From assembly GCA_965250005.1 (NCBI GenBank), contig OZ252279.1, forward strand, positions 1,890,001 to 1,922,000: a stretch of DNA of 32,000 nucleotides. The letters run 5' to 3'. The DNA is from Demequinaceae bacterium. GTDB taxonomy: Bacteria > Actinomycetota > Actinomycetes > Actinomycetales > Demequinaceae. Positions 17,902 through 26,926 of the stretch are shown here, piece after piece. The notes below the pieces were generated by a model. The model searched no databases. It had not been told where the DNA came from and worked only from the letters and a program-made list of their open reading frames with translations. Position numbers and translations under genes: made by a program. Numbering within the stretch: the stretch's first letter is position 1; each line of letters begins with the position of its first letter.

Positions 17902-18942
17902 ATGAAGAACATGATGCGTATCAGCGCTGTCGCGGCTACCGCCGCAATCGCGCTTGCGGCATGCTCGGCGGCCCCGGAAGAGACTCCGGACCCGACGGAC
18001 ACCACCACTGCTCCTGTCGAGGATGCCTACAAGGCATGCATGGTGTCTGACTCTGGCGGCTTCGACGACAAGTCATTCAACCAGTCCGGCTATGAAGGCC
18101 TCGTGCGTGCTCAGGATGAGCTCGGCGTGGAAATCACGACAGCCGAGTCGACGGATGACGCCGACTACTCGCCCAACATCGACGCGATGATCGCGGCCGA
18201 GTGCGACCTGATCATTACGGTCGGATTCCTGCTGGCGGACGCAACGCAGGCTGCTGCGATCGCTAACCCCGACCAGGACTTCGCAATCGTCGACGCAGCG
18301 TTCTTCGGCGCCGACGGCCCGATCGAGTATGACAACGTCAAGTCGCTGCTGTTCGCAACGGACCAGGCCGCGTTCCTCGCGGGCTACGCCGCCGCGGGCC
18401 ACTCCACGACCGGAACGGTCGCCACGTTCGGCGGCGGAAACTTCCCTGGAGTCACCGACTTCATGGACGGCTTCCTGTTCGGCGTGAACCACTACAACGC
18501 TGAAATGGGCGCCTCTGTAGCCGTTCTCGGTTGGGACGGCGAGGCAGGTTCCGTTGACTCGGGCTTCGCTGACCAGACCGTTGGTCAGACCCTCGGTACC
18601 GGATTCATCGAGCAGGGCGCGGATATCATTCTGCCCGTCGCTGGACCGGTTGGCCTTGGTACTGCGCAGGCGGCACAAGAGGCTGGCATCCAGATCATCG
18701 GAGTTGACTCCGACTGGACGCTGACCGCACCTGAGTATGCGGACGTTATTTACGGTTCCGTGCTCAAGCAGATCGGTGCAGCCGTGTTCGAGACCGTTTC
18801 TGAGGCCACGTCGGCTTCGGGCTTCTCGAATTCCGCCTACATCGGAACGCTGGAGAACGATGGTGTTGGACTGGCCGGCATCACCGGTGACTTCGCCGAT
18901 CTGATCGCCGGAATCGCATCGGGCGCTATCGCCACAAAGTAG
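17902..18942 (+). CDS. BMP-family (PnrA/Med-like) ABC transporter substrate-binding lipoprotein, probable nucleoside-binding
   Basis: The lipobox is AIALAAC-SA, with BMP-like sequence (KACMVSDSGGFDDKSFNQSGYEGL). Context with the ABC ATPase, two permeases and cdd-deoA supports the call. GAGGAA lies upstream of the ATG. Confidence 0.85.
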   Translation: MKNMMRISAVAATAAIALAACSAAPEETPDPTDTTTAPVEDAYKACMVSDSGGFDDKSFNQSGYEGLVRAQDELGVEITTAESTDDADYSPNIDAMIAAECDLIITVGFLLADATQAAAIANPDQDFAIVDAAFFGADGPIEYDNVKSLLFATDQAAFLAGYAAAGHSTTGTVATFGGGNFPGVTDFMDGFLFGVNHYNAEMGASVAVLGWDGEAGSVDSGFADQTVGQTLGTGFIEQGADIILPVAGPVGLGTAQAAQEAGIQIIGVDSDWTLTAPEYADVIYGSVLKQIGAAVFETVSEATSASGFSNSAYIGTLENDGVGLAGITGDFADLIAGIASGAIATK

Positions 18943-18958
18943 TAACAAGTAGATCAAG

Positions 18959-19000
18959 CGAGGGGCGTGCTGCGTAGACCGCAGCACGCCCCTCGTGTTT
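18959..19000 (+). terminator. Strong intra-operon hairpin (16-bp perfect stem, 5-nt loop) with a short T-rich tail; attenuator or partial terminator
   Basis: CGAGGGGCGTGCTGCG (18959-18974), loop TAGAC, then CGCAGCACGCCCCTCG (18980-18995), followed by TGTTT. It sits between the binding-protein gene and the ATPase gene. Confidence 0.6.
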
Positions 19001-19047
19001 GACTGGCACGAAGCACCATCGATTGCGCGAGCGAGCGGAGGCTGGAC

Positions 19048-20559
19048 GTGAAACTCGAATTAAAGGGCATCACCAAGCGATTCGGGGCGTTCACCGCCAA
19101 TGACGCAATTGACTTAGTAGTTGAGCCAGGTCAAGTGCACGCGCTGCTCGGCGAAAATGGCGCAGGCAAGTCAACGCTCATGAATGTGCTGTTCGGCTTG
19201 TACGACGCCGATGCAGGCCAGATCCTCCTCGACGGAAAAGCTGTCGACTTCGACGGCCCCGGCGACGCGATGTCCGCAGGCATCGGCATGGTCCACCAGC
19301 ACTTCATGCTGGTGCCCCCGTTTACCGTGGCCGAGAATGTGATGCTCGGCCACGAGGACAGCGGTCGGGGCGGGATGCTCGACTTTGACGCCGCCCGCCG
19401 CCGCGTCAACGAGCTGTCCACCAAGTTTGGTTTCGACGTCGATCCCGACGCTGTCGTCGAGAACCTGCCCGTCGGAGCTCAGCAACGCGTAGAGATCATC
19501 AAGGCCCTGTCCCGTGACGCCAAGGTGCTCATCCTCGATGAGCCCACTGCCGTCCTGACCCCTCAAGAGACCGATGAACTGCTCGGAATCATCAAGGAGC
19601 TCGCCAAGTCTGGGACCGCGATTGTGCTCATCACCCACAAGCTCCGCGAGGTCAAGGCTGTCGCGGACACGGTCACCGTGATTCGCCGCGGCAAGGTGGT
19701 GGGGACAGCCAAGCCCTCCGCCACGCGTGAGAAGCTCGCGTCCTTGATGGTTGGGCGCGACGTCTCGATGACCGTCGACAAGTCGAAGGCGAAGCCCGGA
19801 AAGGCCATGCTTGAGGTGTCTCGCTTGAGCGTCATTGATGAGGCCGGCGTTGCGCAGCTCCGCAACGTGTCGTTCGATGTTCATGCAGGCGAGATTTTCG
19901 CGATCGCGGGGGTCCAAGGCAATGGGCAGACGGAACTCACGGAGGCCCTGCTCGGGCTGTCGCGACCGGTGTCTGGTCGGGCCAAGCTCGACGGCGAGGT
20001 CATCACCGGCAAGTCCATCAAAGAAGTGCTGCTCTCGGGCGTCGGGTTTGTTCCCGAGGACCGCACCGAGGACGGCATAGTCTCCACCTTCACGCTCGAA
20101 AACAACCTTGTCCTAGATGTGCACGATCAGCCCCCATTCGCGCGCGGCCTCGCACTCCAGATGGACCAAATTGTCGAGCACGCTGCGCGGCTCATCGAGG
20201 AGTTCGACGTGCGGACCACGAGTCCGCGGGCGACCGGCGGATCGCTGTCCGGTGGAAACCAGCAGAAGCTAGTGCTCGCCCGCGAGATTTCGCGTCCCCT
20301 CAAGCTCCTTATTGCCTCGCAACCCACGCGCGGGCTCGACGTGGGCTCTATCGAGTTTGTGCACAAGCGAATAATCGCCGAGCGGGATTCCGGAGTCGCC
20401 GTCCTCATCGTCTCGAGTGAACTCGACGAGGTCACGGCGCTGGCCGATCGAATCGCCGTCATGTATCACGGGCAAGTTGTCGGCATTGTCCCGCCCACCA
20501 CGAGCCGCGACAAACTTGGACTCATGATGGCCGGCGCAACCGAGGGAGCTAGGGCATGA
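19048..20559 (+). CDS. ABC transporter ATP-binding protein with duplicated ATPase domains (BMP/nucleoside type)
   Basis: GTG start. Walker A is GENGAGKST. The second nucleotide-binding domain has GVQGNGQTEL and the signature LSGGNQQK. Walker B is ILDEPT. Confidence 0.93.
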   Translation: MKLELKGITKRFGAFTANDAIDLVVEPGQVHALLGENGAGKSTLMNVLFGLYDADAGQILLDGKAVDFDGPGDAMSAGIGMVHQHFMLVPPFTVAENVMLGHEDSGRGGMLDFDAARRRVNELSTKFGFDVDPDAVVENLPVGAQQRVEIIKALSRDAKVLILDEPTAVLTPQETDELLGIIKELAKSGTAIVLITHKLREVKAVADTVTVIRRGKVVGTAKPSATREKLASLMVGRDVSMTVDKSKAKPGKAMLEVSRLSVIDEAGVAQLRNVSFDVHAGEIFAIAGVQGNGQTELTEALLGLSRPVSGRAKLDGEVITGKSIKEVLLSGVGFVPEDRTEDGIVSTFTLENNLVLDVHDQPPFARGLALQMDQIVEHAARLIEEFDVRTTSPRATGGSLSGGNQQKLVLAREISRPLKLLIASQPTRGLDVGSIEFVHKRIIAERDSGVAVLIVSSELDEVTALADRIAVMYHGQVVGIVPPTTSRDKLGLMMAGATEGARA

Positions 20560-21758
20560 CCACCAAGAAGCCAGCACGCAACTTCCGTTCGGTTCTGACG
20601 GAGATCACCCAGAGCTCGTCGCTGGTTGTCGCGGTGGCGATTCTGGCATCGCTGCTCCTGGGAAGCCTCCTGGTGATCGCTGTCGACCCGACCGTTGCAG
20701 AGGCCGCCGGCCACTTCTTCGCTCGTCCAAGCGACTGGTTCTCCGCCGCTGGCGATGTCATCGGCGGGACGTTCACCGCGATGTTCGAGGGCGCCATCTT
20801 CAACGCAGGTGGGGAGACGTTCGCGGACAGAATGTTGCCGCTCACCCAGACGCTGACGGTTGCCACGCCGCTGATCTTTGCGGGCCTGGGCCTGGGCGTC
20901 GGCTTCCGGGCGGGCCTGTTCAATATTGGAGCACAGGGCCAGATGATCATGGGAGCCCTGCTCGGTGGCTACATCGGGTTCGCCTGGCACCTGCCCGTGG
21001 GCCTGCACCTTTTGCTCGCTGTGCTCGGTACCGCGATCGGCGGTGCTTTGTGGGGCTTCGTCCCCGGCCTCCTGAAGGCGAAGACGGGCGCACACGAGGT
21101 CATCACCACGATCATGCTTAACTACATCGCACTCAACCTGATTCGGTTTGCGCTCCAACAGGATTCTTTCCAGCGCCCGAACAGCGACTTCCCCAAGTCG
21201 CCCATCGTCGACGAGGCAGCGCAGTACCCGCTCATGTTCGGATGGGTTGACGACATCAACATTCGCCTGCACGTGGGCTTCCTGCTCGCACTCCTTGCCG
21301 CATGGGGCGTGTGGTGGCTCATGGAGCGATCCACGTGGGGCTTCCAGTTCCGCGCGGTGGGCGCCAACCCGAACGCCGCTAAGACCGCGGGCATGAGCGT
21401 CGGGCGCGCGTACATCCTGGTCTTCATCATCGCCGGCGCCCTCGCGGGCCTTGCTGGCTCCGCCCAGGTGCTGGGCACGGAGAAAGCCCTAACGGAGGGC
21501 ATCGCGGCTAGCTTTGGGTTCGATGCGATTACCGTCGCGCTGCTGGGCCGTTCCCGGCCTCTTGGCACGGTGCTCGCTGCAGTCTTGTTTGGCGCGTTGC
21601 GGGCCGCGGGCCCGACGCTCCAAATACAGGCCGGCTTGCCGAGTGACATTGTGCTCGTGATTCAGGCGCTCATTGTGCTGTTCATCGCCGCCCCGCCGTT
21701 GGTGAGGTTCCTGTTCCGATTGCCCAAGCCGGTGCGCGAGGAAGTGGTGACCTCGTGA
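20556..21758 (+). CDS. ABC transporter permease (BMP/nucleoside type)
   Basis: ATGA overlap with the ATPase stop. The product is a multi-TM protein of 400 aa. Confidence 0.88.
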   Translation: MTTKKPARNFRSVLTEITQSSSLVVAVAILASLLLGSLLVIAVDPTVAEAAGHFFARPSDWFSAAGDVIGGTFTAMFEGAIFNAGGETFADRMLPLTQTLTVATPLIFAGLGLGVGFRAGLFNIGAQGQMIMGALLGGYIGFAWHLPVGLHLLLAVLGTAIGGALWGFVPGLLKAKTGAHEVITTIMLNYIALNLIRFALQQDSFQRPNSDFPKSPIVDEAAQYPLMFGWVDDINIRLHVGFLLALLAAWGVWWLMERSTWGFQFRAVGANPNAAKTAGMSVGRAYILVFIIAGALAGLAGSAQVLGTEKALTEGIAASFGFDAITVALLGRSRPLGTVLAAVLFGALRAAGPTLQIQAGLPSDIVLVIQALIVLFIAAPPLVRFLFRLPKPVREEVVTS

Positions 21759-23044
21759 CCGCGGTGGCGCAGAAGCCCGCGCCCAAGGTCGAGGACGGCG
21801 CCCTGATCGCACCGCGAAGTTGGAAAGCGCCAATTATCTACGGGGCCGTCGCGCTCATCGCGTTGTTCGCGTTCGGGCTCGGTTCCGCGGCGGGAGTGGA
21901 CACGTCGTTCCACCTCGCACGCGACTCTGACGCGTTCGCCATTCCCGACTTCTCCCTGCCGTCGCGGTCATGGGCCACGGCGCTCGCCCTGATTGCGGGC
22001 GGCCTCGCCGGACTCTCGGCGTGGTCGGTGTGGAATCGCCGACTCATTGGTGCTTGGCTGCCGTCGTTCTTCGGACTGGCGATTGTCCTCGCCCTGCTGC
22101 TCTGGGCCGGGGCGGGCAAGGAAACCACCAACATCAACCTGACAGGGCTCCTCGCTGGAGGGTTGGTCTTCGCGGGGCCGCTGGTACTTGGCTCCCTTGC
22201 GGGCATGATTTGCGAGCGATCCGGTGTCATCAATATCGCGATCGAGGGGCAGCTTCTGTTCGGGGCGTTCCTCGCGGCTGTAGCGGCGAGCGCGACCGGA
22301 AACCCGTGGGTAGGCATCCTCGCCGCGCCCGTTGCCGGAGCGCTCGTAGGAGCGGCTCTAGCGTTGTTCGCCGTGCGTTACTGGGTCGATCAGATTGTGG
22401 TCGGTGTGGTGCTTAACGTGCTAGTGATCGGGCTCACGGGGTTCTTCTTTGGAACGGTGCTGCGCACGAATCCGGAGCTCAACGTGCCGACGGGCCTCGA
22501 CGCGTGGCCGGTGCCACTGTTGTCTCAGATCCCCGTGCTCGGCCCGGTCTTGTTCGACCATTCGCCGCTCATCTACATCATGTTCGCTGTTGTCGCGGTG
22601 CTGCACGTGATGCTCTTCAAGTCTCGCTGGGGCCTGAGGGTGCGTGCGGTTGGCGAGCATCCCAAGGCAGCAGACACCGTTGGAATCAACGTCAACAGGA
22701 CGCGCATTCGCAACACGATTCTTGGAGGAGCAGTCGCTGGACTGGGCGGCGCCTTCTTCACCGTATCCGCGGGTCTCGCGTTCGGCAAGGAGATGACCGG
22801 AGGCAAAGGCTACATCGCGCTAGCCGCCATGATCCTTGGTCGATGGTCGCCCAAGGGAGCCCTTGCCGCGGCACTGCTCTTTGGTCTTGCGGACCAACTC
22901 CGCCGCGACCTGGGAATTATCGGGTCCAGCATTCCGGGCGAGTTCATCAGCATGCTTCCCTATCTCGCCACCATTTTCGCCGTCGCAGGAGTGGTGGGTC
23001 ACGTGCGCCCGCCAGCGGCTGAGGGCAAGCCGTACAAGAAGTGA
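21755..23044 (+). CDS. ABC transporter permease (BMP/nucleoside type)
   Basis: GTGA overlap with the preceding permease. The product is a multi-TM protein of 429 aa. Confidence 0.88.
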   Translation: MTAVAQKPAPKVEDGALIAPRSWKAPIIYGAVALIALFAFGLGSAAGVDTSFHLARDSDAFAIPDFSLPSRSWATALALIAGGLAGLSAWSVWNRRLIGAWLPSFFGLAIVLALLLWAGAGKETTNINLTGLLAGGLVFAGPLVLGSLAGMICERSGVINIAIEGQLLFGAFLAAVAASATGNPWVGILAAPVAGALVGAALALFAVRYWVDQIVVGVVLNVLVIGLTGFFFGTVLRTNPELNVPTGLDAWPVPLLSQIPVLGPVLFDHSPLIYIMFAVVAVLHVMLFKSRWGLRVRAVGEHPKAADTVGINVNRTRIRNTILGGAVAGLGGAFFTVSAGLAFGKEMTGGKGYIALAAMILGRWSPKGALAAALLFGLADQLRRDLGIIGSSIPGEFISMLPYLATIFAVAGVVGHVRPPAAEGKPYKK

Positions 23045-23445
23045 CTAGCGCAGAGGGCATCAACTGGGAGACGCTGCGCGATGCGGCGCGCGAGGTGGCG
23101 AAGAGCGCGTACGCGCCGTACTCGAACTATCCGGTTGGCGCAGCGGGCCTCACCGCCGACGGCCGCGTAATCGCCGGGTGCAATGTGGAGAACGCGAGTT
23201 ACGGGCTCACCCTGTGCGCGGAGTGCTCGGTGGTTTCTCAGTTGCACGCGACAGGCGGCGGGAGGCTCGTCGCGCTCGCGGCTGTCGACGGTGAAGGAGC
23301 ACCACTCACCCCGTGTGGCCGCTGTCGCCAATTGCTGTTTGAGCACGGCGGCCCCGGTCTACTCGTTGACTCCGAGCACGGCCACACGACAATAGCCAGG
23401 CTCTTGCCCGACGCGTTCGGGCCCGATCACTTGGAGCAAGAATGA
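23041..23445 (+). CDS. cdd: Cytidine deaminase
   Basis: Zinc-ligand motifs are CAECSVV and PCGRCRQLL. Length is 134 aa. GTGA overlap with the permease gene. Confidence 0.92.
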   Translation: MTSAEGINWETLRDAAREVAKSAYAPYSNYPVGAAGLTADGRVIAGCNVENASYGLTLCAECSVVSQLHATGGGRLVALAAVDGEGAPLTPCGRCRQLLFEHGGPGLLVDSEHGHTTIARLLPDAFGPDHLEQE

Positions 23446-24749
23446 CGACGGAGCAACACGACGCGGTTGACGTCATCGTCACCAAGCGAGACGGCGGGGC
23501 CCTTTCCGACGCTCAGATTGACTGGGTCGTGGACGCGTACACGCGCGGCGCCGTCGCTGACTATCAAATGGCCTCGCTTGCGATGGCGATCCTGCAACGC
23601 GGTATGACGATGCACGAGACCTCCCGCTGGACGCACGCCATGATCGACACGGGCGAGAAGCTCGACTTCTCGAGCCTCTCGCGTCCCACCGCGGACAAGC
23701 ACTCGACAGGCGGTGTCGGTGACAAGATCACGCTCCCGCTCGCACCACTCGTGGCCTCGTGCGGGTTGGCGGTGCCGCAACTATCGGGCCGGGGCCTGGG
23801 GCACACGGGAGGAACGCTCGATAAGCTTGAGTCGATTCCCGGCTGGCAGGCCGAGGTGACCACCGAGCAGATGCTCGCCCAACTCGAAGACGTCGGGGCC
23901 GTGATCTGCGCGGCAGGGTCGGAACTGGCGCCGGCTGACAAGAAGCTCTACGCACTCCGTGACGTCACGGGAACCGTCGAGTCGATCCCGCTTATCGCGT
24001 CGTCGATCATGTCCAAGAAGATCGCTGAGGGAACCGGCGTGCTCGTGCTCGACGTCAAGGTGGGGTCGGGCGCATTCATGAAGGACCTCGCTGGTGCTCG
24101 CGAGCTCGCGCGCGAGATGGTCGCGCTTGGCACCGACGCCGGCGTCACCACGTCGGCGCTACTCACGGATATGTCGACGCCGCTTGGCCGCACGATCGGC
24201 AATGCGCTTGAGGTGGTCGAGTCGGTCGAGGTGCTCGCGGGCGGCGGCCCGGACGACGTGGTCGAACTCACCGTTGCGCTCGCACGCGAGATGCTGGACC
24301 GAGCCGGCATGACCGCGAAAGATCCAGCCGCCGCACTGACAGACGGCACGGCGATGGATTCCTGGAGGGCGATGATCTCGGCACAGGGCGGCGATCCAGA
24401 TGCGCCGCTGCAGAAGGCCCGGCACTCTGACGACGTCACGGCCACTGCTGACGGAGTCGTTACTCGAATGGACGCACTTGGAGTGGGGGTGGCCGCTTGG
24501 CGTCTCGGCGCTGGCCGCGCGCGCAAGGAAGACGACGTGCAAGAAGGCGCCGGGATATTCCTTCACAAACAACTGGGCGACACTGTCAAGGCGGGCGAAC
24601 CGATCATGACCCTGTACTCGGATGACGAACCGCGCTTCGCCCGTGCCCACGCCGCGCTCGCCGAGGCGTGCGGAGGCGAGGGGGCCCTCGCGATCGGCGC
24701 GAAAGCTCCGGAGCGCACGATCATCCTCGACCGGGTGAACCCGGTCTAG
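23442..24749 (+). CDS. deoA: Thymidine/pyrimidine-nucleoside phosphorylase
   Basis: DKHSTGGVGDKITL motif, 435 aa, ATGA overlap with cdd. Confidence 0.93.
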   Translation: MTTEQHDAVDVIVTKRDGGALSDAQIDWVVDAYTRGAVADYQMASLAMAILQRGMTMHETSRWTHAMIDTGEKLDFSSLSRPTADKHSTGGVGDKITLPLAPLVASCGLAVPQLSGRGLGHTGGTLDKLESIPGWQAEVTTEQMLAQLEDVGAVICAAGSELAPADKKLYALRDVTGTVESIPLIASSIMSKKIAEGTGVLVLDVKVGSGAFMKDLAGARELAREMVALGTDAGVTTSALLTDMSTPLGRTIGNALEVVESVEVLAGGGPDDVVELTVALAREMLDRAGMTAKDPAAALTDGTAMDSWRAMISAQGGDPDAPLQKARHSDDVTATADGVVTRMDALGVGVAAWRLGAGRARKEDDVQEGAGIFLHKQLGDTVKAGEPIMTLYSDDEPRFARAHAALAEACGGEGALAIGAKAPERTIILDRVNPV

Positions 24750-24763
24750 ATTCGGCCGTACTC

Positions 24764-25792
24764 ATGGGCTGGCAACTGACAACGGCGCTCGCGCGCGCAG
24801 GCCGTGCGCTGGGTCTACGCCGACGCTGGAGTGGCGAACGCGCCCTGGGGCTGACTCAGCGGCGCTCCAAGGGCAGAGCCGACGTCTTCAACCGCGCGCA
24901 CGCCCGCGCGCTGGCGGCCCTGTCGGAGGACGATCGATTTGCCGCATCCAAGGCCATGGTCGACCTTGATCCGAGCGCCCGCGGCCCCGTCGAACGCGTG
25001 CTCGCCACGGGCGTCCCTGCCGCAGTAGTGATCGAGTTTGCTCACGCCTGGGAGTCGCTGGGCGCCACAGAGAAGTCGCTCGCGACGGATCCCGTCGGCC
25101 GGTCCACGCCAGGGCCGGTCGCGTGGGGCGCAACCGAGGCGTGCCAGGTGGATTCGACCACGTGCGGCGCCGCGGCAATGGCGATGATGCTCATGATCGG
25201 CGACCCGCTCGTGGGTGTGTGGGTGGCCAGTGGGAGGGTCATTCACAACCATCGGCCACCTGAGGTCGAGCGCATGGCGAACGCAGCCACGCTCACCTCG
25301 ATTGAGTCTAGGTGGGGGGCGTTGCAGCGGTCCATCCACGCGTCGACGACGCGACGGGGACTGGGATTTTTGCCATGGCCCCGCTCGCTAGGGACGCCGC
25401 CGTGGCGCGTCAACAACCAGACCCGATTTCTAGGACTCGGCTTTCGCGGTGCGGTCGTGGACGACACTGACCGGGAGGACCTCAGCGCGCTCTTGTCGCA
25501 CGCGACCGCGGCTATCAACGACGGCATCCCTGTGCCGGTCTACGCGTCGGGGGACTCTGGGCGCGGACTCGACTCCGTGATCCCGCGGCACGTGGTCCTG
25601 TTGACGCACCGCATGGAGGATGGCTTCCTTGCGTACGAGCCCGGCAACGCCGCACTTCACGCGGTTTCAGACCAACAGCTGCGCGATGGCGGGGCCGCGC
25701 TCCGCGCGCTCGGAAACTGGTCGCACGTCTCGTGGATGATTCTGCCCCGCGGACGCCGCCGCCCGGCGCAAGGATTAGCCTTGGAAGCATGA
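24764..25792 (+). CDS. Hypothetical protein with papain-fold / peptidase-C39-like cysteine hydrolase motifs
   Basis: High GC3 coding signal runs from the ATG at 24764; the start is uncertain and no SD is visible. In QVDSTTCGAAAMAMMLMIG, the Gln sits 6 residues before the Cys, as in papain and C39 enzymes. A later IPRHVVLLTH...YEPGN segment supplies a His and Glu/Asn. The stop overlaps the add start (ATGA at 25789-25792). Confidence 0.6.
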   Translation: MGWQLTTALARAGRALGLRRRWSGERALGLTQRRSKGRADVFNRAHARALAALSEDDRFAASKAMVDLDPSARGPVERVLATGVPAAVVIEFAHAWESLGATEKSLATDPVGRSTPGPVAWGATEACQVDSTTCGAAAMAMMLMIGDPLVGVWVASGRVIHNHRPPEVERMANAATLTSIESRWGALQRSIHASTTRRGLGFLPWPRSLGTPPWRVNNQTRFLGLGFRGAVVDDTDREDLSALLSHATAAINDGIPVPVYASGDSGRGLDSVIPRHVVLLTHRMEDGFLAYEPGNAALHAVSDQQLRDGGAALRALGNWSHVSWMILPRGRRRPAQGLALEA

Positions 25793-26865
25793 CCGTTACT
25801 GACGCACAAATCGCCTCCCTGCCCAAGATTGCGCTACACGAACACCTGGACGGAGGACTCCGCCCGGCCACCATGATCGAGCTCGCCGCCGCGGCGGGCC
25901 ACTGGCTCCCCGCGACCGATGCCGACGAGCTGGGCGCATGGTTCCTCGAGGCTGCGAGCTCAGGAACCCTTGAGTTGTACCTCGAGACGTTCGCCCACAC
26001 GGTCGCGGTGATGCAGACTGCCGAGAATCTCACGCGCGTGGCTCGCGAGGCGGTGGTGGACCTGGCGGCCGACGGAGCGATCTACGCGGAGCTACGGTAC
26101 GCGCCAGAACAGCACCTCGAGGGAGGCCTCTCGCTTCAGCATGTGGTCGAGGCGGTACAGGTGGGTATAGACGCTGGCGTGGCCGAGGCGGCGGATGCCG
26201 GTCACACGGTCCACGCCGCCGCGCTGCTGACCGCCATGCGGCACGCCAGCCGTGGCACCGAGATCGCACAGCTCACGGTCGCCAACCGCGGCAAGTGCTG
26301 CGTCGGCTTCGACATCGCGGGGGCCGAAGACGGCTTCCCGCCGTCGCTGCACGCGGAGGCGTTCGCGCTGCTGCGCGACGCGCACGTGCCCGTCACCATC
26401 CACGCAGGTGAAGCTGCGGGAGTGGAGAGCATCTCAGAAGCCGTCGGACTGGGCGCCGCGCGCCGCATCGGCCACGGCGTCAGGATCCCCGAAGACATCG
26501 AGGGCTTTGAGTCAGACGAGCCCGTGTTCGGCCCCGTCGCTGCATTCGTACGCGACAACCGGATCCCCCTCGAACTATGCCCGTCTTCCAACGTACAGAC
26601 GGGCGCAGCGCCGTCCGTTGCAGGGCACCCCATTACGCGCCTACGCGACTTGGGCTTCGCCGTGACCATCAACTCAGACAACCGGTTGATGTCCGGAACA
26701 TCCCTGTCGCGCGAGATGTCGCTGCTCGCGTCCGAAGCCGGCTGGGGGCTCGCCGACCTCGAACTCGCGACTCTCGACGCCGCATGGGCCGCATTCCAGC
26801 CGCACGACGTGCGACAAGCCCTTGTCCACGCCGTATTCGAGGCGTATATGGGTATCGAGGAGTAG
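25789..26865 (+). CDS. add: Adenosine deaminase
   Basis: Start is taken at MTVTDAQIASLPKIALHEHLDGG. Motifs include HAGE and an SDN/SDD-type segment (INSDNRLMS). The ORF-track start at 25732 lies inside the upstream gene. Confidence 0.92.
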   Translation: MTVTDAQIASLPKIALHEHLDGGLRPATMIELAAAAGHWLPATDADELGAWFLEAASSGTLELYLETFAHTVAVMQTAENLTRVAREAVVDLAADGAIYAELRYAPEQHLEGGLSLQHVVEAVQVGIDAGVAEAADAGHTVHAAALLTAMRHASRGTEIAQLTVANRGKCCVGFDIAGAEDGFPPSLHAEAFALLRDAHVPVTIHAGEAAGVESISEAVGLGAARRIGHGVRIPEDIEGFESDEPVFGPVAAFVRDNRIPLELCPSSNVQTGAAPSVAGHPITRLRDLGFAVTINSDNRLMSGTSLSREMSLLASEAGWGLADLELATLDAAWAAFQPHDVRQALVHAVFEAYMGIEE

Positions 26866-26926
26866 CGATGGCCGCGCGGTCGGTCACTAGCGGCTCATGG
26901 GTGAACCAGTGGCGGCTGGCCCTGCT

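Noticed and set aside
18073-21272. Minus-strand ORFs 18073-18987, 19171-19917 and 20466-21272 opposite the ABC transporter genes
   Set aside because: These are shadow ORFs. The plus-strand frames carry the lipobox, Walker A and B, signature motifs and TM helices.
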